Shown: positions 1 through 9,916 of the stretch, piece by piece | How positions within the stretch are numbered: position 1 is the stretch's first letter | Layout of the letters: every line of letters begins with the position of its first letter | From: an uncultured Chlorobiaceae bacterium | GTDB taxonomy: Bacteria > Bacteroidota > Chlorobiia > Chlorobiales > Chlorobiaceae | Assembly (NCBI GenBank): GCA_903915955.1 | Contig: CAIWUU010000058.1 | Location: forward strand, 8,169 to 72,168 | DNA length: 64,000 bases | Direction of reading: 5' to 3' | Notes under the pieces: generated by a model | Databases searched by the model: none | Told to the model about the DNA's origin: nothing | The model's input: only the letters and a program-made list of their open reading frames with translations | Position numbers and translations under genes: made by a program

Positions 1-104
1 CGGCGTGTATAACGCCATCATCATGACGTTTATGCCCTTCTTTTCTTTGCCGGGCAGGGCTTTTTTCGGATAAACCCACTCTCTTTTTTTAAAGCAGAAT
101 TACT

Positions 105-1541
105 ATGGACGCACAACATATCACAACCAAAGAACGTCTTGCTATTCCCCGCCAGGAGATGCCCGCCCAGTCACCTGGGGTACGTATCCATAATTTCAGT
201 GAAGTACATCTCGGATACACACCGGAACTGGCCCGGAAAGAGGCTATGCGATGCATTCAGTGTAAAGATCCGGTCTGCGTCAAAGGATGCCCGGTCAATA
301 TCAAAATAGACCAGTTCATCAAGATGATTGCCGAGGGCAACTTTCTTGGTGCAGCAAAAAAAATCAAGGAGGACAACGTTCTTCCGGCCATCTGCGGCAG
401 GGTCTGTCCACAGGAAGATCAGTGCGAGAAAATGTGCATTCTCACCAAAAAACATGAATCTGTTGCTATCGGCAATCTGGAACGGTTTGCGGCCGATTAC
501 GAGCGTCAAACCGGAAATGTGGAACTGCCTTCAGTAAAACCATCAACAGGCAAAAAAGTCGCGGTGATCGGCAGCGGACCTGCGGGACTGAGTTGCGCAA
601 ACGATCTGATTCAACTGGGCCATGCCGTCACGGTGTTTGAGGCACTGCATGAACTGGGTGGTGTTCTTGTTTACGGCATTCCGGAATTCCGCCTTCCCAA
701 AGAGATCGTGAAGGGGGAAATTGAAGGACTGAAACAACTCGGTGTGGTGTTTGTCACCAATGCTGTGGCTGGCCGTTCAATTACTGTGGACGAGCTCCTG
801 CAAGAAGAGCATTTTGATGCCGTGTTTATTGGTGTCGGCGCCGGTCTTCCATGGTTCATGGGCATCCCTGGAGAAAATTTGCTCGGGGTTTACTCCGCCA
901 ATGAATTCCTGACCAGAGTAAACTTGATGAAGTCATATCAATTCCCTGAAAATGATACGCCGGTATTCAATTGCAAGGGGAAAAACGTCGCGGTGTTCGG
1001 CGGCGGCAATACCGCTTTGGATGCCGTTCGCACAGCAAAAAGACTGGGTGCAGAACATGCTTATATTGTTTATCGCCGTTCTGAAGCTGAAATGCCCGCC
1101 CGTCTGGAGGAACTTCACCACGCACAAAAAGAGGGAATTGAATTTATGCTGCTGATGAACCCTGTGGAGTTTATCGGTAATGATCAGCAGTGGCTTACCG
1201 GAGTCAAGTGCATCAGAATGGATCTGGGTGAACCGGATGATTCAGGCAGACGGCGCCCGGTGCCAATTAAAGATTCGGAGTTCATTCTCCCGATTGACAT
1301 GGCCATCATATCGATCGGCAACGGCTCAAACCCGCTTATCAAGCAGACCACGCCTGATATTGATGTCAGCAAACGCGATACCATTGTTGTTGATATGAAG
1401 ACCATGGCGACATCAAAAGAGAATGTCTATGCAGGCGGAGATATTGTTACGGGTGGAGCAACAGTTATTCTTGCCATGGGAGCAGGACGAACTGCCGCTG
1501 CGGCCATTCATGAAAAAGTCATGAACACCGCGACAAACTGA
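105..1541 (+). CDS. NADPH-dependent glutamate synthase small-subunit-like / homotetrameric GltA (NfnB/SudA-type) FAD-FeS oxidoreductase
   Basis: 478-aa ORF. N-terminal Cys clusters (CIQCKDPVCVKGCP; CGRVCP..CEKMC) are followed by two dinucleotide-binding motifs (GSGPAGL, GGGNTALD). This is the typical GltD-family architecture. Confidence 0.85.
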   Translation: MDAQHITTKERLAIPRQEMPAQSPGVRIHNFSEVHLGYTPELARKEAMRCIQCKDPVCVKGCPVNIKIDQFIKMIAEGNFLGAAKKIKEDNVLPAICGRVCPQEDQCEKMCILTKKHESVAIGNLERFAADYERQTGNVELPSVKPSTGKKVAVIGSGPAGLSCANDLIQLGHAVTVFEALHELGGVLVYGIPEFRLPKEIVKGEIEGLKQLGVVFVTNAVAGRSITVDELLQEEHFDAVFIGVGAGLPWFMGIPGENLLGVYSANEFLTRVNLMKSYQFPENDTPVFNCKGKNVAVFGGGNTALDAVRTAKRLGAEHAYIVYRRSEAEMPARLEELHHAQKEGIEFMLLMNPVEFIGNDQQWLTGVKCIRMDLGEPDDSGRRRPVPIKDSEFILPIDMAIISIGNGSNPLIKQTTPDIDVSKRDTIVVDMKTMATSKENVYAGGDIVTGGATVILAMGAGRTAAAAIHEKVMNTATN

Positions 1542-1559
1542 ATTATTCCACAATTGCCA

Positions 1560-1598
1560 CCAAAAGAACCGACTCCACTGTCGGTTCTTTTGGTTTTA
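1560..1598 (+). terminator. rho-independent terminator after the gltD-like gene
   Basis: Perfect 14-bp stem ccaaaagaaccgac/gtcggttcttttgg with a 6-nt loop, followed by tttta. It starts 18 nt after the stop codon. Confidence 0.8.
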
Positions 1599-1681
1599 TC
1601 ACTGATAACACCGAAACGCAGGTTAACAATACATGTTGGCAACCGCTCGCGTTCAAGTGTAAAATGTGCGCTCCCTTGCAC

Positions 1682-2428
1682 TCAATCCCCCTGCTTCTCA
1701 GTGAGATATTTCCAGTACTTCATGGGCATGTTCGATTTCTGGAGGCGGGGGTTTTTACGGTCGGAGATGGCGATAGTTTTAAAAAAGGTCTGCCACAAAA
1801 GCTGCACCTTTTTTTCATCCTCTGACAGCGCAGGGGTAATAAACTGTTCGATGGTACCAAACTGCAGCACACCTCTACTCCATTGAGCAGCAGTTCGACG
1901 CTTGACATCATAGAGAAACCAGTGTTGCGCCCTCAGCCTCGTACGAAAATATGAGGCAAGGGGCTGAATAATATTATGGTCGGGCTCCATTTTGGCAAGA
2001 TAGGCACCATCCTGGAGCTTTTCAAAACGGAGAAGCCCTTTCATGCGGTGCAGCTCCCGCCCAGCTTTTTTGGCAATGGAAACAATATCTCGCACTGCCG
2101 GATGGGTCAGGTAACCACTGACCTTGTCGCCATGCCTGAAAACAAGCGAGATATAGTGAAGCAAGCTGCTCTCCATTCCACATTTTTCGGCCAGTATGAA
2201 CATATAGATGCTATATGCCGCATCAGGCGCACAATTGCGAAGCCGTGTAAAAAGCAACTCCGCCTGGGCCACATTGGTATTGATAAAAAAGCCATCCTCA
2301 AAGAGCGTCTGCTCACGTTCTGCAAGAATAACTTTTTCAGGATCAGCCTCCTCTTCAAGAATCCACGAAATGGCTGAGAAAAGACCATCGGCAGTTCCGT
2401 CGTAGAGGTATCGCTTCATGGCGTTCAT
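1682..2428 (-). CDS. DUF4130 / TIGR03915-type putative DNA repair protein (partner of the radical SAM protein)
   Basis: 248-aa ORF. Its start overlaps the stop of the upstream radical SAM gene by 4 nt (ATGA). I recognise the family from memory only, through the pairing and the N-terminal MKRYLYDGT..GLFSAI pattern. Confidence 0.6.
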   Translation of the reverse strand: MNAMKRYLYDGTADGLFSAISWILEEEADPEKVILAEREQTLFEDGFFINTNVAQAELLFTRLRNCAPDAAYSIYMFILAEKCGMESSLLHYISLVFRHGDKVSGYLTHPAVRDIVSIAKKAGRELHRMKGLLRFEKLQDGAYLAKMEPDHNIIQPLASYFRTRLRAQHWFLYDVKRRTAAQWSRGVLQFGTIEQFITPALSEDEKKVQLLWQTFFKTIAISDRKNPRLQKSNMPMKYWKYLTEKQGD

Positions 2429-3678
2429 AAGGAGAGACCGGGAAGAACAAGCTGCCGGGAAGGCAACGTTGCAGTTGCTTCACCAAGAAGAAGTTGCTGA
2501 CGAATAAGAGCTGGTGTGCGGACAGGCTTTTCAAACGTCCTGCCTGAACTGGCGATAAAATATTTCGCTCGCTTCATCACTACCCCGATTTTTTTCATCC
2601 CTTCAGGAGTAATCGCTGAAAAACGACGTGCTGCGATAATACGTTTGGCGGAGGTAACTCCTATTCCCGGAACGCGCAGCAGTGTCGCATAGTCTGCCCG
2701 GTTGATCTCAACTGGAAAGAACTCGGGGTGACGGAGAGCCCATGCTGTCTTGGGATCAAACGTTTCGTCAAGAAAAGGAAGATCATCAGAGAGAATCTCT
2801 TCTGCTGAAAAACCGTAGAAGCGCAGGAGCCAGTCGGCCTGATAGAGACGATGCTCTCGCAAAAGAGGGGGCGATGCCAGTACAGGAAGACGGTTGTCAT
2901 CACTCACTGGCACATAAGCCGAGTAGTAAACCCGCTTGAGGTTCATCTTTTTATAGAGCCCCTGGGAGAGACGAAGAATCTGAAAATCATTTTCAGGGCT
3001 GGCACCGATAATCATCTGGGTACTCTGCCCTGCGGGGGCAAACCGGGGCGCTCGACGGTCAGCTTTGCGCTCAACCAGGCTTGATGTTATCTCGCGACCA
3101 ATAAGCGCCATAGGATCCAGAATAGCATCCTTATGCTTCTGGGGAGCAAGACGCTGCAGCGATGCCTGTGATGGGAGCTCAATATTGACACTGATGCGAT
3201 CGGCGTAGAGTCCAGCTTTCCGAACCAGTTCACTACTGGAGCCGGGAATAATTTTAAGATGAATATAGCCACCAAACTGCTCTTCCAGCCGCAAAGTTTC
3301 TACAACCCTGACCATTCGATCCATGGTACTATCGGGACTCTGCATGACCGCTGAGCTTAAAAAAAGGCCTTCAATATAGTTTCGGCGATAAAACTCAAGG
3401 GTAAGATCAACCACTTCCCGTGCAGTAAAAGAGGCTCGCTCAACAGAATTGGATGAACGGTTCACACAATAGGCGCAGTCATAACGGCAATCGTTGGAGA
3501 GAAGGATTTTCAGGAGAGAGATACAGCGGCCATCATCCGACCAGGAGTGGCATATCCCGCTCTGCGAGGTGTTGCCGATGCCACCGGAGGAAGCTTCACG
3601 CTTGCTGCCACTTGAAGCACAGGATGCGTCATAACGGGCTGCGCCTGAAAGAATCTGTAATTTGGCCAAAGTATCCAT
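2425..3678 (-). CDS. radical SAM protein, putative DNA modification/repair type (TIGR03916-like) with C-terminal helix-hairpin-helix
   Basis: CxxxCxxC motif in DCRYDCAYC and an HhH motif LLRVPGIGVTSAKRIIAARR. I set the start at MDTLAKLQIL (ATG 3678) because the longer track ORF (to 3765) runs into the tRNA gene. Confidence 0.75.
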   Translation of the reverse strand: MDTLAKLQILSGAARYDASCASSGSKREASSGGIGNTSQSGICHSWSDDGRCISLLKILLSNDCRYDCAYCVNRSSNSVERASFTAREVVDLTLEFYRRNYIEGLFLSSAVMQSPDSTMDRMVRVVETLRLEEQFGGYIHLKIIPGSSSELVRKAGLYADRISVNIELPSQASLQRLAPQKHKDAILDPMALIGREITSSLVERKADRRAPRFAPAGQSTQMIIGASPENDFQILRLSQGLYKKMNLKRVYYSAYVPVSDDNRLPVLASPPLLREHRLYQADWLLRFYGFSAEEILSDDLPFLDETFDPKTAWALRHPEFFPVEINRADYATLLRVPGIGVTSAKRIIAARRFSAITPEGMKKIGVVMKRAKYFIASSGRTFEKPVRTPALIRQQLLLGEATATLPSRQLVLPGLSL

Positions 3679-3723
3679 AGGCAAATATACAGAACAGGGA
3701 AGAATAAAAAGCAGACAAGAGAG

Positions 3724-3797
3724 TCGGCGTAGCGGGATTCGAACCCACGACCCCTTCCACCCCAAGGAAGTGCGCTACCAGGCTGCGCTATACGCCG
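3724..3797 (-). tRNA. tRNA-Pro (anticodon GGG)
   Basis: The reverse complement folds by hand into a 74-nt cloverleaf: acceptor CGGCGTA/TACGCCG, D arm GCGC-AGCCTGGTA-GCGC, anticodon stem CTTCC/GGAAG with loop TTGGGGT, and T arm GTGGG-TTCGAAT-CCCGC. CCA is not encoded. Confidence 0.9.
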
Positions 3798-3832
3798 AAA
3801 CAAGCTGAAAAGGTAGTGATTATAAAAAAATC

Positions 3833-3935
3833 TGTGGATATATAGCTAATCTTTTTTCAAGAATCAGACTTTTATCATCCACTTCCTGAAGATCTATTCC
3901 AGCTCATCCTCTTGACAGATTAGAGGTTATCCACA
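3833..3935. promoter_or_regulatory. pair of DnaA-box-like 9-mers in an AT-rich spacer
   Basis: TTATCCACA (perfect consensus) lies at 3927-3935. TGTGGATAT (the reverse complement of ATATCCACA, one mismatch) lies at 3833-3841. A third one-mismatch box, TTATCAACA, lies at 4114-4122. Confidence 0.3.
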
Positions 3936-4136
3936 TTCACCCTGTTAATAAACAGCAAACGACAAGCCCCTGTCATTGAACAACAAGATGCTACAATTCT
4001 CGGAAAAAGGCTTACAACTATTTTTTATAAAACAAGTTAGACAGAAAAAAACGAACACGAACGAGACAGGCATCGCACCTGAAACTTACCACTTCAGGCA
4101 ATGACTCAACAAGTTATCAACAATCCGCAAACATTT

Positions 4137-4808
4137 TCAAACATCCAGCTTCTGACCAAACCGGTGCTTCAGATACTCAATAACTGGCGGTAAAAGAGAG
4201 AGCCCAATAATAGCAAAAATCAGCAGCTTGAAATTATGCTGCACAAAGGGAAGCTGTCCAAAAAAGTAGCCACTGTAACTAAAAAAACCAACCCAAAGCA
4301 GCGCGCCAACAACATTGAACATAATAAATTTACTGTAGCTCATGGCACCAATACCGGCAACGAAAGGGGCAAATGTTCTGATAATCGGCACAAAACGAGC
4401 TATGATAACAGTCTTGCCTCCATATTTTGCAAAAAACGCATTGGTCTTGATGAGATGCCCAGTGTGGAAAAAACGGGAATTCTCGTACTGAAATACTTTG
4501 GGCCCAATCTTGTGACCAATCTGGTAATTAAGCGTATCACCCAGCACAGCGGCAATAAAAAAGAGTAAAAAAAGCAGATGGGGATTCAGTGACGAACCAG
4601 GCATGGAGGCAAGTGAGCCAGCGGCAAAGAGAAGGGAGTCTCCCGGCAAAAAAGGGGTAACAACCAGGCCGGTTTCGCAAAAAATAATAATGAAGAGAAT
4701 ACCATAAAGCCAGAGACCATACTCTGCAGCCAAAAACTGAAGATGGGTGTCAATATGGAGAATAAAGTCAACAAGGGAAGAGAGCAGAGCTGTAAGTGAA
4801 TAGTCCAT
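4137..4808 (-). CDS. DedA family (SNARE-associated) inner-membrane protein
   Basis: The motif [21 protein letters not shown] and a multi-TM profile are typical of DedA/YqjA. I set the start at MDYSLTALL (ATG 4808) rather than the 27-codon-longer track ORF. Confidence 0.85.
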   Translation of the reverse strand: MDYSLTALLSSLVDFILHIDTHLQFLAAEYGLWLYGILFIIIFCETGLVVTPFLPGDSLLFAAGSLASMPGSSLNPHLLFLLFFIAAVLGDTLNYQIGHKIGPKVFQYENSRFFHTGHLIKTNAFFAKYGGKTVIIARFVPIIRTFAPFVAGIGAMSYSKFIMFNVVGALLWVGFFSYSGYFFGQLPFVQHNFKLLIFAIIGLSLLPPVIEYLKHRFGQKLDV

Positions 4809-4991
4809 TATGATGACTGCTGAAACATGAAAAACATCTTCTTTTCTTTTTCGCGAACATAATGTAGTCATTGAGCGGCAGAGTCGCAAAAGCTCCTCGA
4901 GCCCTCCCTGATGAGTGAAAACTGAAGAAACGTTATTATATGTTTATATTGTCCCCGTTCTTTTTCAACAAGAGACCATACGTCATTTCTC

Positions 4992-5879
4992 ATGAGTTAT
5001 TTAGCCTCAGCCCGCTGCAAGCTGTACTACGAAGACACTGCGGATGCCGATCCTTCAGGGCAAAACAAGCCAGTGGTGCTGTTTGTGAATGGCTGGGCAA
5101 TCTCTTGCCGATACTGGAAACCACTGGTCAACGCTCTCTCTGCACAGTACCGGTGTGTTATTTATGACCAGAGTGGCACCGGAAAAACAATCATCAAGGG
5201 TTATAATCTGGCGTTTACTATTCAGGGTTTTGCCGATGAAGCAGGTGAACTTATTGAGCACCTCGGACTCAACAGGTCAAGAAAGCTGCATATCGTTGGC
5301 CACTCAATGGGTGGTATGGTTGCAACAGAACTCTGCCTTCGGTACGCCGATGCGGTTGTTTCTTGCACCATCATTGCTTGTGGAATTTTTGAAGAGACCA
5401 CCTGGACATCATTCGGCCTCTTTATGCTTGGGGGACTGATTGATATTTCCCTGAATTTCCGCACTGTTTTTCAGGTTGAACCATTACGAAGCATGTTCAT
5501 CAAACGGGCTGCCACGAAAGAGATCACCCGTGAATATCAGGATGTGCTGATTGAGGACTTCACGCAATCAGACAAAGATGCTACGAATGCCGTTGGGAAA
5601 TTTTCGATTGACCGAGATGTGCTGAGAGCATATACCCGTCATGTACTCGCTATCGCCTCTCCCCTGCTGTGCAGTGTTGGGATGGCCGATAACACCATTC
5701 CGCCTGAAGGCACTATTACGCTCTATGAAAGACGCAAAGCAAAATCTGCGGCCCCAACACACCTGGCAAAATTCATGGAGCTTGGTCACCTGCCCATGCT
5801 CGAAGAGACCACCCAATTTGCCAGCGAGCTTAAACAACATTTTGAACGTGCAGAACAATATTACAAGCTTCAACCTTAA
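4992..5879 (+). CDS. alpha/beta-fold hydrolase
   Basis: 295 aa with the nucleophile elbow GHSMGG, an HGW-like VNGWA oxyanion region and a C-terminal GHLPMLE His motif. Confidence 0.8.
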   Translation: MSYLASARCKLYYEDTADADPSGQNKPVVLFVNGWAISCRYWKPLVNALSAQYRCVIYDQSGTGKTIIKGYNLAFTIQGFADEAGELIEHLGLNRSRKLHIVGHSMGGMVATELCLRYADAVVSCTIIACGIFEETTWTSFGLFMLGGLIDISLNFRTVFQVEPLRSMFIKRAATKEITREYQDVLIEDFTQSDKDATNAVGKFSIDRDVLRAYTRHVLAIASPLLCSVGMADNTIPPEGTITLYERRKAKSAAPTHLAKFMELGHLPMLEETTQFASELKQHFERAEQYYKLQP

Positions 5880-5888
5880 GAGTTCATC

Positions 5889-8177
5889 GTGAGTAAAATA
5901 TTTCCAAAAACACAACTATTACTGTTAGCATCATGTATCGCACTGACGCTGGTAACTTCTGTGGACTGTTATGCCGCAAAATCTTTTTTGGGGCTTCCGA
6001 GCATTGAAGAGCTCGAAAATCCAAACCCCGATCTTGCATCTCTTGTCTATTCAGAAGATGGCGTGCTTTTGCATAAATTTTTCCTGAAAAATCGCACCTT
6101 TATCCCCCTCAAATCTATTCCGCGCTCTACCCGATATGCCCTTATTGCCACTGAAGATGTAGCCTTTTACAGCCACTGGGGTGTCGATATGCGACGGCTG
6201 GTTCTTGCAATGGGTGAAAATATCATCAAGATGCGCAGTCGATGGCAAGGGGCGAGCACCATTACCCAGCAACTTGCAAAAAATCTTTATCTGACCCAGG
6301 AGCGCACTGTCACCAGAAAAGTTAAAGAGTTGGTAACCGCAATTGAGCTGGAGAAAACTTATACGAAAGATGAGATTCTGGCGCTCTATCTCAATACTGT
6401 CTATTTCGGATCAGGCGCTTATGGCGTTGAAGCAGCAGCTCGCACCTACTTTGGCAAACCAGCATATCTGCTGACACTACCTGAAAGCGCGACGCTTATT
6501 GCTACGTTGAAAAACCCAACCGCTTATAGTCCGGCAAAAAACCCGACCAGCTCCATCAGCAGAAGAAATCTTATCCTTTCACTGATGGAAAAGGAAGCAT
6601 TTATAACACCAAAACAGGCCGCTGCTGCAAAAAGAACTCCATTAGTACTCAACTATACACCAGTTAACCATCAAGGGTTGGCACCTTACTTTACGGAATA
6701 TATCCGACAGACGGTCAAGCCTGCTGCTCTGCTTGGTAATGTTGACCTGTACCGCGATGGACTGACCATCCAGACAACGCTTGACAGCCGCATGCAGAAC
6801 TATGCCCAGCAGGCTGCCGCAGAACATCTCGCGGGGTTGCAGGCTTCATTTGACCGTGCATGGAGATGGTCGGAGTCGCTGAAGAGCCAGATCATCATGG
6901 AGAGTGAACGGTTCAAGGAGCTGAAGGATAGTGGATTTTCGGATCAGCAGGCCATGGCAAGACTCAAGGCTGACAAGGTGTGGCTGAACGATCTGCTGCA
7001 GGAGAAGACCCGGATTCAGGTTGCATTGGTTGCTATCGACCCGGCCAATGGACATGTCAAGGCCTGGGTTGGCGGCAACAGGTTCTCATCCGATGACTAC
7101 AAGTACCAGTTCGACCATGTCTGGCAAGCCAAACGACAGCCGGGTTCAACCTTTAAACCATTCGTTTATACAACGGCTATCGACAAAGGACTGCCAGCAA
7201 ACTTCCAGGTGCTCGACCAGCCCCTTGCCCTCAACAGCGGCAGCGGAATCTGGTCGCCAAGAAACTCCGACGGTTCATCGGGAGGAATGACCACGCTCCG
7301 CACCGCGTTAAGCCGCTCACTGAACCAGGTTACCGTACGGCTTGCCTACGAGCACCTCACCACGGCGGAGATTATCAGCTATGCAAGAAAAATGGGCATC
7401 AGCTCTCCCATGCCCTCGAACCTCTCAATAGCCCTTGGAACAGCAGAGGTGTCACCGCTTGAACTGGCCGGAGCGTTTTCAACGTTTGCCAACAACGGCT
7501 TCTGGAACGAACCAATATCCATCCTGAAAGTTGAGGACAAACATAGCCGGGTTTTGTCAGAGTACACTCCAAACAGACGCTTTGCCATCGACTCCACCTC
7601 AAACTTTGTGATGGTCTCGATGCTGAAAGATGTGATCAACAAAGGTACCGGTGTTGCAGTCCGTGCCCGTTTCGGCTTTAATGTTGAAGCGGCAGGAAAA
7701 ACAGGAACAACACAAAGCATGAGGGACGCCTGGTTCGCCGGATTTACCCCTCAACTTGTCGCGGTTGTCTGGACTGGCTTTGATGACGAGCGTATTAAAT
7801 TTACCTCCATGGAGTATGGCCAGGGCGCACGCGCCGCGCTTCCGGTATGGGCTGGGTTTATGAAACGCTGCTACAGTGATCCGACACTGAAGCTTGAGAA
7901 CAAATACTTCCATATTCCTGAAACGGTTATTGCTGTCCCAATGTCCAGCCAGACCAATACCCCATCTGACCTGCTTGGCAGCGATGTCTATATTGAATAC
8001 TACACTCCAAAAGGCTTTCAGTACTATCAAGGCCACGCGGTAAACTCTCCAGAACCAGCGGAGTTCCCTGTTGAGAGCAATCGCGCCAGTAGTGCTCCCA
8101 AACCACCAACTCAGGCACCAGTGCAAATGTCAGTTCCTGCGCCAAAACCAAAGCCGAAACCGGTGCAAGCACTTTAA
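5889..8177 (+). CDS. class A penicillin-binding protein (PBP1A-type transglycosylase/transpeptidase)
   Basis: GTG start and a signal/anchor segment. GT51 motifs EDVAFYSHWGVD and GASTITQQ are present. Transpeptidase motifs STFK and KTGTT are present. The tail is Pro/Lys-rich (KPKPKP). Confidence 0.9.
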   Translation: MSKIFPKTQLLLLASCIALTLVTSVDCYAAKSFLGLPSIEELENPNPDLASLVYSEDGVLLHKFFLKNRTFIPLKSIPRSTRYALIATEDVAFYSHWGVDMRRLVLAMGENIIKMRSRWQGASTITQQLAKNLYLTQERTVTRKVKELVTAIELEKTYTKDEILALYLNTVYFGSGAYGVEAAARTYFGKPAYLLTLPESATLIATLKNPTAYSPAKNPTSSISRRNLILSLMEKEAFITPKQAAAAKRTPLVLNYTPVNHQGLAPYFTEYIRQTVKPAALLGNVDLYRDGLTIQTTLDSRMQNYAQQAAAEHLAGLQASFDRAWRWSESLKSQIIMESERFKELKDSGFSDQQAMARLKADKVWLNDLLQEKTRIQVALVAIDPANGHVKAWVGGNRFSSDDYKYQFDHVWQAKRQPGSTFKPFVYTTAIDKGLPANFQVLDQPLALNSGSGIWSPRNSDGSSGGMTTLRTALSRSLNQVTVRLAYEHLTTAEIISYARKMGISSPMPSNLSIALGTAEVSPLELAGAFSTFANNGFWNEPISILKVEDKHSRVLSEYTPNRRFAIDSTSNFVMVSMLKDVINKGTGVAVRARFGFNVEAAGKTGTTQSMRDAWFAGFTPQLVAVVWTGFDDERIKFTSMEYGQGARAALPVWAGFMKRCYSDPTLKLENKYFHIPETVIAVPMSSQTNTPSDLLGSDVYIEYYTPKGFQYYQGHAVNSPEPAEFPVESNRASSAPKPPTQAPVQMSVPAPKPKPKPVQAL

Positions 8178-8211
8178 GCTTCTGATCAGTTAACCTCACA
8201 ACACTCTTGTT

Positions 8212-9747
8212 ATGCAATCGGTAGTAGTCCTTGATTTCGGTTCGCAATACACCCAGTTGATCGCCCGTCGTATCCGCGAACTGGGTATCTATTCTGAGAT
8301 TCTTCCCTATAACACTACACCGGAAAAAATCAGGGAACACAACCCCAAGGCAATCATCCTTTCGGGGGGACCGAACAGCGTATATGATCAGGACGCCTTT
8401 ATGCCCAATGGCGGCATTTTTTCGCTTGGTATTCCGATACTCGGTATCTGCTATGGTTTGCAGGCAATCGCCAACCATTTTGGGGGTAAAGTTGCCTGTT
8501 CGTCAAAGCATGAGTTCGGCCGTTCAAAAATTATGGTTGCCCGACATGGTGAGAGTATGCTTTTTCAGAATATTCCAGATTCGGATGTCTGGATGAGCCA
8601 TGGCGACAAGGTTGTACAACTTCCTGAAGGGTTCAGGGCAACGGCCAGCAGCGAAAATTCTGAAATATGCGCCATTGAAAGCTTTGGCAGCAAAGGTGCG
8701 CTGAAAGTTTATGGGCTGCAGTTTCACCCTGAAGTGCAGCACACCCTCTACGGCAAACAACTCTTCTCAAACTTTCTGCTCAATATTGCCGGCATCACGC
8801 CCGACTGGTCGTCAAAAAGCTTTATCGACCACCAGATTGAAGAGATTCGGCGCAAAGCAGGCAAAGAGACGGTTATCTGCGGCATCAGCGGCGGAGTTGA
8901 CTCAACCGTTGCTGCTGTTCTGGTAGGCAAGGCGATAGGCAAGCAACTGCACTGTGTCTTTGTCGATAACGGCCTGCTGCGAAAAAATGAGGCTGCGAAG
9001 GTGATGAGCTTTCTCTCTACGCTCGGCCTCAGAGTATCTCTCGTCGATGCTTCCGATCTTTTCCTGAAACGGCTGAAGAATGTCGCATCACCTGAAAAGA
9101 AGCGCAAAATCATAGGAAAAAGCTTTATACAGATTTTTGAAGAGCAGATGGCTCATGAGAAGTTTCTGGTACAGGGCACTCTCTACCCTGATGTTATTGA
9201 GAGTGTGAGCGTCAAAGGCCCATCGGAAACGATCAAGTCGCACCATAACGTAGGCGGGCTTCCAAAGCGGATGAAGCTCAAGCTGATTGAGCCACTTCGT
9301 GAACTCTTCAAGGATGAAGTTCGCGCCGTAGGCCGGGAGCTCGGAATCGCCGAAGATATTCTGATGCGCCACCCCTTCCCCGGCCCCGGCCTTGCCGTCA
9401 GAGTGCTTGGCTCAGTCAACAAAGAGAGGCTTGATGTATTGCGGGAAGCTGACGAAATTTATATCGAAGAGCTGAAATCCAGCGGCCTTTACAGCCAGGT
9501 CTGGCAAGCCTTTGCGGTGCTTCTGCCTGTCCAGTCGGTTGGCGTCATGGGCGATAAACGCACCTACGAAAACGTTCTGGCACTACGGGCGGTCGAATCA
9601 ACCGACGGCATGACTGCCGACTGGGCCCCCTTGCCACACGACTTTCTTGCCCGCGTCTCAAACAGGATCATCAATGAGGTACGAGGAATTAACAGGGTGG
9701 CTTATGATATTTCTTCGAAGCCACCGGCAACGATTGAGTGGGAGTAA
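8212..9747 (+). CDS. guaA: GMP synthase (glutamine-hydrolysing)
   Basis: 511 aa. The GATase domain has ICYGLQ, the ATP-PPase P-loop is SGGVDS, and the C-terminus ends in the canonical PPATIEWE. Confidence 0.95.
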   Translation: MQSVVVLDFGSQYTQLIARRIRELGIYSEILPYNTTPEKIREHNPKAIILSGGPNSVYDQDAFMPNGGIFSLGIPILGICYGLQAIANHFGGKVACSSKHEFGRSKIMVARHGESMLFQNIPDSDVWMSHGDKVVQLPEGFRATASSENSEICAIESFGSKGALKVYGLQFHPEVQHTLYGKQLFSNFLLNIAGITPDWSSKSFIDHQIEEIRRKAGKETVICGISGGVDSTVAAVLVGKAIGKQLHCVFVDNGLLRKNEAAKVMSFLSTLGLRVSLVDASDLFLKRLKNVASPEKKRKIIGKSFIQIFEEQMAHEKFLVQGTLYPDVIESVSVKGPSETIKSHHNVGGLPKRMKLKLIEPLRELFKDEVRAVGRELGIAEDILMRHPFPGPGLAVRVLGSVNKERLDVLREADEIYIEELKSSGLYSQVWQAFAVLLPVQSVGVMGDKRTYENVLALRAVESTDGMTADWAPLPHDFLARVSNRIINEVRGINRVAYDISSKPPATIEWE

Positions 9748-9845
9748 TTGCAAAGTACCTGGGTAAAGGTATCTCTCCGAGCAGTCACAGGCAGTCACAC
9801 GCTTTTACCTGGCGCAATTATAACTATTTTTCCGAGCTAAAGCGT

Positions 9846-9916
9846 CCTGGGAACGCTGAGCTCCGGCTCGGCAAAATGAATTATAAAATGCCGAGCTGGA
9901 GCTCGGCGTTCCCGGG
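9846..9916. repeat. long imperfect inverted repeat (28-nt arms, 15-nt AT-rich loop); probable terminator or REP-like element
   Basis: The arms are CCTGGGAACGCTGAGCTCCGGCTCGGCA and TGCCGAGCTGGAGCTCGGCGTTCCCGGG. The 3 non-Watson-Crick positions are all G.U on the + strand RNA. Each arm also folds on its own (GCCGAGC-TGGA-GCTCGGC). Confidence 0.7.

Noticed and set aside
1-73. Possible 3' end of a plus-strand gene (..GVYNAIIMTFMPFFSLPGRAFFG*) or the 5' end of a minus-strand gene starting MMMALYTP at 24
   Set aside because: There is too little sequence to distinguish coding from non-coding, and neither reading resembles the expected NfnA/SudB partner of the GltD-like gene.
3679-3765. N-terminal 29-codon extension of the radical SAM ORF as given in the ORF track
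   Set aside because: It overlaps the tRNA-Pro gene (3724-3797) on the same strand and encodes a non-conserved hydrophobic peptide. The family-typical N-terminus MDTLAKLQIL starts at 3678.
3798-4136. Calling the DnaA-box spacer the chromosomal origin (oriC)
   Set aside because: There are only three boxes (one perfect), no adjacent dnaA, dnaN or gidA, and no clear 13-mer-like AT repeats. It cannot be supported without genome-wide skew data.
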